Assembly (NCBI GenBank): GCA_963749495.1
Contig: CAVVMW010000023.1
Span: 192,001-256,000, forward strand
Direction: 5' to 3'
DNA: 64,000 nucleotides
Source of the DNA: an uncultured bacterium
GTDB taxonomy: Bacteria; Verrucomicrobiota; Verrucomicrobiia; Limisphaerales; UBA8199
Shown here: positions 1 through 8,196 of the stretch, one piece after another
Position numbering within the stretch: position 1 is the first letter of the stretch
Layout: each line of letters opens with the position of its first letter
The notes under the pieces: model-generated
What the model saw: only the letters and a program-made list of their open reading frames with translations
What the model was told of the DNA's origin: nothing
Databases searched by the model: none
Program-made: the position numbers and the translations under genes

Positions 1-493
1 GGTCATCGAAGAAGTCCGTCATGATGGTATTGATGCCCCGCAGGTCGGCCGCTTCGGCAATCGGCCCTTCAACCCAGCCTTCGATGAGCTTGTCGCGCCC
101 CACCCGTTCCCGGAACAGGCCCAGGGCCTTGATGCGGTTGTGCATCCGCCCCCCGCCCAGCGGGTCCGGGAGCTGCAGGGAAACAAGCCTCGCCTTGTCC
201 GCCAGCAGCGCCCGCTCTTCGATGATCGCCACCGGCTGGTTCTCGAAATACTCGACGTTGGCCCCGCAATCCGCCGCCTCGCAGGCCGGGTCGGACATCG
301 TATTGACATAGTCGAAGCCAAACTCCCGGGCGGTGCGGACCTGGCCCTCGACCAGCACCCGGTAGTCGGTGCAATACTTCCCGTAGCGCGCCCCGATGCG
401 GTCGCAGGCGAACATCATCGTGATCGGCATCAACGGCAGCCGATCCACCGGCCGGCCCTCCAAATGGGCAAGTACTCTTTCGCGACTGGTCAT
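1..493 (-). CDS. Uroporphyrinogen decarboxylase / MtaA-CmuA family methyltransferase (3' end outside window)
   Basis: Manual translation from ATG at 493: MTSRERVLAHLEGRPVDRLPLMPITMMFAC...SDPACEAADCGA...GWVEGPIAEAADLRG, a typical UroD/MtaA N-terminus. Not in the ORF track because it runs off the window. Confidence 0.85.
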   Translation of the reverse strand, partial: MTSRERVLAHLEGRPVDRLPLMPITMMFACDRIGARYGKYCTDYRVLVEGQVRTAREFGFDYVNTMSDPACEAADCGANVEYFENQPVAIIEERALLADKARLVSLQLPDPLGGGRMHNRIKALGLFRERVGRDKLIEGWVEGPIAEAADLRGINTIMTDFFDD

Positions 494-502
494 AATTTCA
501 AG

Positions 503-740
503 GGTCGAGTGTCGAGTGTCGGGGCGCAATCGGACCCTGCCCCCGGAGCGCGGGCTTTAGCCCGCGTTGCGCGGACCTCAACGTCTTTGCCGGGCCTATT
601 GAACATTGGGCATCCAAAGCGGACTAAAGTCCGCGCTCCGGCCATTCGGTGGTGCTGACGGAGGCAGTGTCCGATTGCGCCCCGAGTGTCGAGGGGCGAG
701 GGTCGCTTCACTCGACCCTCGGCCCTCGACCCTCGGCCCT
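503..740. repeat. Nested palindromic REP-like elements plus heptamer repeats
   Basis: Outer IR tcggggcgcaatcggaccctgc (~519-540) / gcagtgtccgattgcgccccga (~663-685). Inner IR ggagcgcgggctttagcccgc / gcggactaaagtccgcgctcc. Flanking gtcgagt and ctcg(a/g)cc heptamers. Confidence 0.75.
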
Positions 741-1613
741 CTACACCACGCACCGCCGGATCGCGGCAATGAACTCCGGGCGCGTGCCGCAGCAGCCGCC
801 GACGAAGCGGGCGCCCAGCTCGAGCAGTTCGGGGATGCGACCAGCAAACTCCTCCGGCGTGGCCGTGTATTGGGCGCGGCCCTCGACCATCACCGGCAGC
901 CCGGCATTGGGCTTGAGCCAAATCGGGCGGTCGGTGGCACAGCGGAGGCGCCGGCCAATGCCGACAAACCCGGCGATGCCCTGGCCACAGTTGGCGCCGA
1001 TGACATCGGCCCCGGCCTGGGTGAGCCTCCTGGCCGCCTCCTCGGGCGTTGTGCCCATCATCGTGCGGTCTTTGTCTTTGCCGCTGTCAAAGACCATGCA
1101 CGCCACCACGGGCAGGCCGGTCTGGCGCGCGGCGGCCACTGCCAGCAGGGCCTCGTCGAGGTCGGACATGGTCTCCACCACCAGGGCGTCCGCCCCGCCC
1201 TGGGCCAGGGCCTGGGCCTGCTCGGCAAAAGCCGCCCGCACCTGCTCCTCGGTGACCTCTCCGCTCATGAGCAGTTTGCCCGTCGGGCCGATCGAGGCAA
1301 AGACCCGGGCGCGCCCGGCGGCCGCGTTGCGCGAGATCTCGACCCCGCGCCGGTTGAGCTCGGACACGTCCCCGGCGGCGGCGTGATCGCCCAGCCGGAT
1401 TCGATTGGCGCCGAAGGTATTGGTGAGGATGACTTGGCTGCCGGCCTCGACATAGGCGCGGGCGACCTCCGCCACGCGCTCCGCGTGCGTCAGGTTCCAG
1501 GCATCCGGAAACTCGCCCAGCCCCAGGCCGCGCGCCTGGAGTTGCGTGCCCCAGGCCCCGTCAGTGATGACCGCCGGGCCCTGGGCCAGCAGTTCTTCAA
1601 TCAGCGGGTTCAT
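741..1613 (-). CDS. Homocysteine S-methyltransferase family protein (stand-alone MetH N-terminal domain)
   Basis: DGAWGTQL, ILTNTFGANR, GANCG and GGCCG Zn-binding motifs. Confidence 0.92.
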   Translation of the reverse strand: MNPLIEELLAQGPAVITDGAWGTQLQARGLGLGEFPDAWNLTHAERVAEVARAYVEAGSQVILTNTFGANRIRLGDHAAAGDVSELNRRGVEISRNAAAGRARVFASIGPTGKLLMSGEVTEEQVRAAFAEQAQALAQGGADALVVETMSDLDEALLAVAAARQTGLPVVACMVFDSGKDKDRTMMGTTPEEAARRLTQAGADVIGANCGQGIAGFVGIGRRLRCATDRPIWLKPNAGLPVMVEGRAQYTATPEEFAGRIPELLELGARFVGGCCGTRPEFIAAIRRCVV

Positions 1614-1673
1614 GACAAGCAGGGAAGCGTGGCTCTGCAAGGCAGCTTCTCCAAACACCGTCGGCAAGCCCGC

Positions 1674-1710
1674 AAGGTTTTGGACTGCGGCAGTCCAAAA
1701 CGCTTCGCGT
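1674..1710. repeat. REP-like palindrome, copy 1 (identical to 3957-3993)
   Basis: aaggttttggactgcggcagtccaaaacgcttcgcgt contains the perfect IR ttttggactgc-g-gcagtccaaaa. Confidence 0.85.
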
Positions 1711-1809
1711 CCTCGTTCGCGCGGCCGCGGTTCGGTTCAGGGTCTCAGTGCGGGATTTCACAATCATGGGGCTTTCCAGGCTGCTCCCGGCGTCTCGAGA
1801 GGCAGGCCC

Positions 1810-2448
1810 TCAGCCGGCGGCCACCGCCTTCTTGGCCAGCGCCACCGCGCCGACCGCGTTCTCGCTGTAGCCGTCGGCGCCGATCTCGTCGGCGTACTTC
1901 TGCGTGATGGGCGCGCCGCCGATGAGGACTTTGACCTGGTTGCGCACGCCGGCTTGTTTGAGGACCTCGATGGTCGTCCTCATGGCCGGCATGGTGGTCG
2001 TGAGCAAGGCCGACATGGCGATGATATTGGCCTGCTGTTGCCTGACTGTTTCGATGAATTTCTCGGGCGACACGTTGACGCCCAGGTCGATCACCTCGAA
2101 GCCGCCCCCTTCCAGGAGCGAGCCGACGAGGTTCTTGCCGATGTCGTGCAAATCGCCTTTGACGGTCCCGATGGCCACGCGGCCCAGGGGCTTATCGCCC
2201 CGCGCCGTGAGCAGAGGGCGAACCAGTTCGAGGGCGGCTTTCATGGCCCGGGCGGAGATGAGCAATTCCGGCACAAAATAATCGTTGCACTCGAAGCGGC
2301 GGCCCACTTCGTCCATGGCGGGCACCAGGTGCTCGTTGACCAGCGTGAGGGGATCGACCCCCTCGGCCAGGGCTTGTTGGGTCAAGGTCTGTGTGGTCTT
2401 GGCATCGCCCCTGACCACCGCTTCGTAGAGTTCTTTGAGGTCCGGCAT
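1810..2448 (-). CDS. Cobalamin-binding corrinoid protein (MtaC/MttC/MetH B12-domain type)
   Basis: GTVKGDLHDIGKNLV (DxHxxG), SALLTTT, GGAP, IGADGY; N-terminal cap domain. Confidence 0.95.
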   Translation of the reverse strand: MPDLKELYEAVVRGDAKTTQTLTQQALAEGVDPLTLVNEHLVPAMDEVGRRFECNDYFVPELLISARAMKAALELVRPLLTARGDKPLGRVAIGTVKGDLHDIGKNLVGSLLEGGGFEVIDLGVNVSPEKFIETVRQQQANIIAMSALLTTTMPAMRTTIEVLKQAGVRNQVKVLIGGAPITQKYADEIGADGYSENAVGAVALAKKAVAAG

Positions 2449-2552
2449 AAGAGTCCTTTCAATATCAATATAAAGTATCTTCAGACGCTGCCGCCAGATT
2501 AGAACGGCGCCCCCGGGCAAGTCAATGCTCCATCGAAAGCGATGGTTCCGCG

Positions 2553-3860
2553 TCAAAACGGGATGTAAGCGTAGCCCCGGGATTGGAGATCGACAATCCG
2601 CTGGTACGCCCCCGGCACGACTGTAATGCCCTGCAGCAGATCATCCTTGGACCAGCCGCGCTCCTTCATTTCCAGCCCACACACCTCGACGCTTACCCCA
2701 CAACCCAGGAGTTTCTCGACAAGGAGTCTGTTTGGATTCCCTTGCTCCGTCCGCGTGAACGCACGATAGGGGCCGTCCTTGAGCAGCCAATAACCGGCCT
2801 CCCCGTGGAGGACCACGCTGATGTGCAGTTCGTCGCGCGGAACCCCTATCAATTCGTAATCCTCGACGAGCCGCTCCACTCGGGCCAGGCCTGAACCCAC
2901 ATTGTTCGTCCAGGCATTCCGGTCCACGCCGCACACGACCGCGATGTCACGACACACCTCGATGGGGCCGGAATCAGCGGGGGGTGCCATCCAGCCCCAC
3001 GAGGCGAAGATGCGGGCACCCTCGGGCGAGGCCAGAAACTCGATGAACCGAGCCGCCAGCGGGTTGTTCCGACCCCGCCGCGTCAGCGCCACGCTGCACT
3101 GGCGGAAGATCCTGTACTCCTTGTGGACCTGGATCAGCTTCGCCTCCGTACGCAGGGGGGCCTGCCAGATGTCCCAGGTGAGCCAGGCGTCGATATCCTT
3201 CTTGTCCCGCCAGAGGCGGACGGCCTCCGCACTATTGGCCGCGTAGAAGGCAATGTTCTGCCGGAGTTTGCGTAGCGTTTGGACATCGCCCTTCCGGCCC
3301 GCCATGTCTTCCCACAGGCCGGTTTGGCCGGAGCCGGTAACGACCATCACTCGCACTCCGGGCCGCAAAAGATCGGGGAAGTCTTCGATCCGCTTCGGGT
3401 TCCCAGGGCGCACGAGAATGGCCGACGAGCGCATGTAGAGGGGCTTGACCGTCGAGGGATCGACTTGGAGCAGCGCGTTGCTGACGAACCGGGACATCAT
3501 GAAGTCGGCGCTGCTGCAAACCACGTCCGCGTCCGCGGCGGCCCGTTCAATCCACTCGGACGGGGGTCCGCCGACCACCTTCACCGCGTCGTCCGCAGAG
3601 AAGGTCGTGGCGGCCTCGTGCAGAGCGGGGCCGGGGCCCTCGGCCGAATAAACCCGCACCGGCGCTTGAGCAAGCGCCTCCTGCCACCCAAGGACGGCCA
3701 AACTGACGGCCGCCAACAACCCGCCAACACTGCAGGTCCGGGCGAGAAACCCATCGGCTATACGTTTTCGCCAGGAGAGCTGGCAGGCATTGAGTTCCGA
3801 GGCGCAAAGAGAATTAGATGCAACAGAGTTCACAGGTTGAGAATCAGCACAACTGCTCAT
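2553..3860 (-). CDS. Periplasmic solute-binding protein (ModA/AcfC-like) fused to a C-terminal DsrE-like domain
   Basis: Signal-like segment, GPGPALHEAA, ILVRPGNPKRI, GSGQTGLWEDMAG. C-terminus VVLHG...NPN...VEVCG...GYAYI is DsrE/YchN-like. Start codon uncertain. Confidence 0.75.
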   Translation of the reverse strand: MSSCADSQPVNSVASNSLCASELNACQLSWRKRIADGFLARTCSVGGLLAAVSLAVLGWQEALAQAPVRVYSAEGPGPALHEAATTFSADDAVKVVGGPPSEWIERAAADADVVCSSADFMMSRFVSNALLQVDPSTVKPLYMRSSAILVRPGNPKRIEDFPDLLRPGVRVMVVTGSGQTGLWEDMAGRKGDVQTLRKLRQNIAFYAANSAEAVRLWRDKKDIDAWLTWDIWQAPLRTEAKLIQVHKEYRIFRQCSVALTRRGRNNPLAARFIEFLASPEGARIFASWGWMAPPADSGPIEVCRDIAVVCGVDRNAWTNNVGSGLARVERLVEDYELIGVPRDELHISVVLHGEAGYWLLKDGPYRAFTRTEQGNPNRLLVEKLLGCGVSVEVCGLEMKERGWSKDDLLQGITVVPGAYQRIVDLQSRGYAYIPF

Positions 3861-3956
3861 GTTGTCAAGGCCAAAACGGACCGCTTGGTAAGGCCCCAGG
3901 GGAGGCGGGGGCGACACGGCGCGCAGACCCCTCTCGATGAACCGACCCCGAGCCCG

Positions 3957-3993
3957 AAGGTTTTGGACTGCGGCAGTCCAAAACGCTTCGCGT
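3957..3993. repeat. REP-like palindrome, copy 2
   Basis: 37-bp identity with 1674-1710. Confidence 0.85.
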
Positions 3994-4075
3994 TGGGCGA
4001 CGCCCTTTCGGTGCCACTCCCGCCCTCACTGAGGCACTATACCGCTTGGCGCGGCCCCAGGGCCGATTCAGGCAA

Positions 4076-4149
4076 GGAGCGCAGACGCCCTCGTCCGCCT
4101 GTCGGGAACCCCCATGAAAGAAACGCGCGGACGAGGGCGTGCGCGCTCC
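4076..4149. repeat. REP-like inverted repeat
   Basis: ggagcgcagacgccctcgtccgc ... gcggacgagggcgtgcgcgctcc. Confidence 0.7.
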
Positions 4150-4291
4150 TAATCGTGCGCTTCTTGAATCGGCCCCGGCGCGGCCCCAGGTGTGAAAAGT
4201 CGCGCGCGGTTTGACACATTCTCAAGACGGCCGCCGCGGGGGCAATCCGTTCGAGGGCGCGGCATCGTTTCGACCGGCGCCGAGGAGTCCT

Positions 4292-5521
4292 CTAATGGGC
4301 TCCTTTGTACCGGGGATGTTTCGTGTGGACAGGCAGTCGGTTCACGATCCACCGATAAACCAGGACCTCGATGGTAATAATGGTGGCAACGACGACCACC
4401 TCTTTCCAGCGGAAGAACTCCCGGTGCGGGAGTTCCCACTGAAAGGCGAACATGGAAACAGTGAAGCGGTTGGCTACGACTCCAAGAATGGTCAGGAGGG
4501 CGGTGAATCGCACCAATCTCACGTTCGCCCTCCGAACCCCGGTCAGGAAGAGGCCGCACGGGAGGAGCACGAAACCAATCACCTCAATCGCGAACCAGAC
4601 CCCGTAATCGGACCGAAAAAGGGCCCAATGATGGCCGTGGGCCAACGCAACCATTTTCAAGCCAAAATAGGTGAACAGAACCAGCGCTGCCCCTTTCCCG
4701 AGCCCAAGGGTGAGGCCGTCCAGGGCTTGGCGGTTGGGCTCGTCCATGCGGTGGGGCAGAAATCGGCTCACCAAGGTGCTCTCCACGATCACCATGGAAA
4801 GCCCGGCGGCGATGCTCGAGACGAAAAACAACAAAGGCAGGTAAGGAGAATACCACAGCGGGTGCAGTTTGGCGGGGGCAAGGAGAAACAACGCGCCCAA
4901 GGCGGATTGGTGGAGCGTGGAGAGAATGACGCCAAAGATGGTGGCCCCAACCGTCACCCGCAGAGCCCAGCGCCGGAACCGGTCGGCCCCCAGCCATTCG
5001 AAGATGGCCGGACAGAACTCCACCAGTTGCGTCGAGAGGTAGAGGGCCACGTGCCAAGCCACCAGGAACATCACCGAACCGGTTCCGAATGACTTGAACA
5101 TGGGGTAGGGCAGACGCCAGGGCATCCCCAAGTCCACCAGCAGGTAAATGACGGCAAACAAGTACCCGATGAAGCCGGTCAGGACGGCCGGGCGCAACAG
5201 GGGATAATAGTGCTTAAGCCCAAAAAGATAGACCGCCGACGCCATGAGGAATCCGGTCGAGGCCAACGGAACGCCCAAGAAAAGCCCCCAACCCAAGAAT
5301 AGCCCCCACGGCTGGTCGTTCGAGGCCTGGGTGACGGCGCCCAAGCCCAGCACGTACCTCATCACGATCAACGGCAGACCGGCCAGGATGATGAAGGCCG
5401 CCCCCAGATGAAAGGGAGTGATGAGCGCCCGAAGATACTCTGGCAAAGGTCTGCCCTCGAACAGATGCTCCTGCACCCATTGCCGGGCCGGAACCGACGC
5501 CTCGCCAACCTTGATCGTCAT
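4292..5521 (-). CDS. NrfD/PsrC-family integral membrane subunit (HybB/HmcC-like)
   Basis: Many TM helices, PWGLFLGW, VDLGMPWR, LSTLHQSALGALF, KLHPLWYS. Start overlaps the upstream stop (ATGA). Confidence 0.9.
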   Translation of the reverse strand: MTIKVGEASVPARQWVQEHLFEGRPLPEYLRALITPFHLGAAFIILAGLPLIVMRYVLGLGAVTQASNDQPWGLFLGWGLFLGVPLASTGFLMASAVYLFGLKHYYPLLRPAVLTGFIGYLFAVIYLLVDLGMPWRLPYPMFKSFGTGSVMFLVAWHVALYLSTQLVEFCPAIFEWLGADRFRRWALRVTVGATIFGVILSTLHQSALGALFLLAPAKLHPLWYSPYLPLLFFVSSIAAGLSMVIVESTLVSRFLPHRMDEPNRQALDGLTLGLGKGAALVLFTYFGLKMVALAHGHHWALFRSDYGVWFAIEVIGFVLLPCGLFLTGVRRANVRLVRFTALLTILGVVANRFTVSMFAFQWELPHREFFRWKEVVVVATIITIEVLVYRWIVNRLPVHTKHPRYKGAH

Positions 5522-6443
5522 GAGACCTCCTTCTGGTCCGCCGGGCCTCCGCTGCCGCTGCCCAGAGCTTGCTGCCGGCTCTTGGCAAACAAATGGAATC
5601 CGCCCAACAAAGCCGGCCAAACCACAAAGACGACCGGAACGGCGGACAGAAACCCGCGAGTATACTCGGGGAAGGGTTTCGTGCCCAAGCCCATGGGGAA
5701 CCCAATCGTGGCGAAGGGGACTTGCGAGAGGTAGAGCCAGGTGGTTCCGCCGGCTTCCTCGACCCCATAGACCTGGTCCTGGTATTTGCCGGGATGCTTC
5801 TCCATCGTCTGGGCCGCCAGCTTGATCAGGTCACTCCGCTTGCCGAAAGTAATGGCCTCCCGGGGACAGATGGCCGCACAGGCCGGCCGTTGGCCACGCT
5901 GGATGCGCTCGTAACACAAGGTGCATTTCCGGACCTTGGGGGAGGTGGGATTGTGGTACTCGTAAGCGGGAATATTGAACGGGCAGGCGATCATGCAATA
6001 GCGGCAACCCAGGCACAGGTCCTTGTTATAGACCACCGCTCCCTCCTTGGTTTTGCGCATGGCACCGACCAGGCAGGCCGAGGCGCAGGCGGCTCGTTGC
6101 AGTGCATGCACTGCTTCTTGACGAAGAGTGAAGGCTGGCCTGGTTGCGCCGGAGGATAGCGATTGACCACGGTGTAGTTGTCCGCATCCGTGCGGCGTTG
6201 CCGCTCGAAAACGGCCTGGTCTTCCAGCGGGCCGGTGACCGGCGGCAGGTGGTTGGCCTGCTTGCAGGCCTCTTCGCATTTGCGGCAGCCAATGCACAGA
6301 GACAAGTCCATGAGCATGCCAACGCGGTCCGGGTAGCCGGTGAAGTGCTCGACCGGGCTGACGGCGCCCGCGCGCTCACCCAGGAAGAGGGCGCCGGCGC
6401 CTGCGGCAATCCCCTTTACGAATTGACGGCGATTGCTTTTCAT
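5518..6443 (-). CDS. Tat-exported 4Fe-4S dicluster protein (HybA/HmcB-like); one frameshift near 6090
   Basis: NRRQFVK Tat motif, CIGCRKCEEAC, CMHCNEP|ACASAC, CLGCRYCMIACP, KCTLC...CAAICP, split across ORFs 5991-6590 and 5518-6297. Confidence 0.9.
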
Positions 6444-6471
6444 AAACTTCGTCGTGCGCTCGGATGAGGAA

Positions 6472-7470
6472 TCACGGTGTTTTCGAGATTGTGCCCGGGA
6501 GCTTTTCCGGGTAGGTGATTTTCTCCTTCTCTTCGTGGCACTCCGAACAAGTGGGTCTCCGGTCGAACCTGCTCCCCGCGTGGCAATCAACGCACGCCGC
6601 AGCCTGATGGCTCTTGTCCAGCACCAAGCCCGTCTGCTGGTGACTGAACGCGGGGATCTCCTGGTCCGAATGACAATGGGAGCACTTTGCCTTTTTGTCC
6701 TCGGCAGTTTCGTGGCAACCGGAGCAGGGCGAATGATGCTCCGTGAAAGTCTTGGTTGGCACCGCCGGCCTTTCCGGCTTGTGACACTGGCTGCAGTTTT
6801 GCTCGCGGTGGCAGCTCACGCATTTGAAGCCGAAACGTTTGACATGCTCCTCGTGGCGGAAGGTAACCAGTTTTCCAGGCTCGTGCTTGGTTTCGAACAT
6901 CCTCATCACGGGTTCTTCGGCATTGGGATGGAGCCGGCCCATGATATCCGTCGGGTCGGGAATCTTGACGGCCACGGAGTTGGCGGTCTTTTTGGCGTGG
7001 CACACCACACACTCGGTTTCGTGGCTCCACTCCCGGTGGCAGTTCAGGCACTGGCGGTGGTAGGCGCCTTTGAGGCTGGGTTTGGCCAGGTCTTGGGAAC
7101 TGCCCGCATCGTGGCAGTCGCGGCAACGCAGAATGCCTTGGGAGGGATTGTAGTGGTGACACAGGGCGCAGCCACCGCCTATTTCCGTCATCTGGGCGTG
7201 CAGCCGATGCGCGAAGACGACCGGGACGTACTGGCTTGAGAGCTGGTCCAGCAAGACCACCTCCGGCCCCTTGTTCGTGGACAGGCGCGCGCAAGGAGCC
7301 AACCCAGGGGCCTCCTTGGTGGGATTGGGACTGGCGTGGCAGTCGGAACACTTGCGTTCCGCCGCGGCGGCAGCGGGTGCCTTGATGGCCTCTCCGCTGT
7401 TGCCGGCCAGTTCCGCACCAACCACCGCGAACGAAAGGACCGCGAAAAGCGCAAGGATCCTGCAGCGCAT
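6472..7470 (-). CDS. Multiheme cytochrome c3-family protein (11 CxxCH; HmcA-like)
   Basis: Signal peptide, 11 CxxCH motifs counted, VFAHRLH and KGAYHRQCLNCH class III signatures. Confidence 0.9.
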   Translation of the reverse strand: MRCRILALFAVLSFAVVGAELAGNSGEAIKAPAAAAAERKCSDCHASPNPTKEAPGLAPCARLSTNKGPEVVLLDQLSSQYVPVVFAHRLHAQMTEIGGGCALCHHYNPSQGILRCRDCHDAGSSQDLAKPSLKGAYHRQCLNCHREWSHETECVVCHAKKTANSVAVKIPDPTDIMGRLHPNAEEPVMRMFETKHEPGKLVTFRHEEHVKRFGFKCVSCHREQNCSQCHKPERPAVPTKTFTEHHSPCSGCHETAEDKKAKCSHCHSDQEIPAFSHQQTGLVLDKSHQAAACVDCHAGSRFDRRPTCSECHEEKEKITYPEKLPGTISKTP

Positions 7471-7620
7471 TCAGATGTCCTCTGGTTCCTTTCCTTTGTT
7501 CAACAACTTCCAGAACAGCAAAAACAGCAGAAGGAAAACGACCGCGATGATGTACTCAACACCTTTGGTCAGATTAATGAACTCCTGCAGGGTGTCGGGA
7601 CCGCTCGTGTCAGTGATCAT
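7471..7620 (-). CDS. Small single-TM protein, HmcD-like
   Basis: 49 aa, TLQEFINLTKGVEYIIAVVFLLLFLLFWKLL; abuts the start of the cytochrome gene. Confidence 0.65.
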   Translation of the reverse strand: MITDTSGPDTLQEFINLTKGVEYIIAVVFLLLFLLFWKLLNKGKEPEDI

Positions 7621-8196
7621 GGCGCAACCTGGGTGGATAGGACTCTGGCGGGGCGGCCAGGGCGGCACTGGCCAGCCCGGCCCCGGGGGGTCCCGGGCCG
7701 CGAATCCGCGCCCCCCCGAACCCGGTGGCCCGGGTCCAGGGTGGCGGACATCGCCTGGCGCAGCTTCGGCCGGCCGCGGGGCCGCCTTGCGGGCTTTCCA
7801 GTTGCCGACAGAGCCAGTGTCACGCCGGCAGTCTAGCCATCAGGCACCTTGACGCTCCCCATTCCTTGGCAAACCCTTTGCATTTTTTGCTGTGATAGGG
7901 CAAAGACGCGTCATCCATGAGGATCGAAGACGGGTTCCGGTTCCCCGAAAAGCTGAGAATGCCACGGTAAAGGCGGGGCCAGCGCCGGCGGACCCAGGCC
8001 CGGCGCGGGCACTCACCGGCGCCTCAAAGCGCTGAACATTATTCGGCTTTGGCAAAACAAAGAATGACTAACTTGTTTGTCATGATAGATTAAATATCCT
8101 CATTGATGGGTTAAGGAGTCGCATGAACCCGATGCCGCCGGTGGCCATGGAGGCAGGGGTGTCCACGTGGACCTTGCTCCGGGCCCGGGGCGGCGC

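Noticed and set aside
2449..2552. Cobalamin riboswitch ahead of the corrinoid genes
   Set aside because: The gap is about 100 bp and no B12-box consensus is visible.
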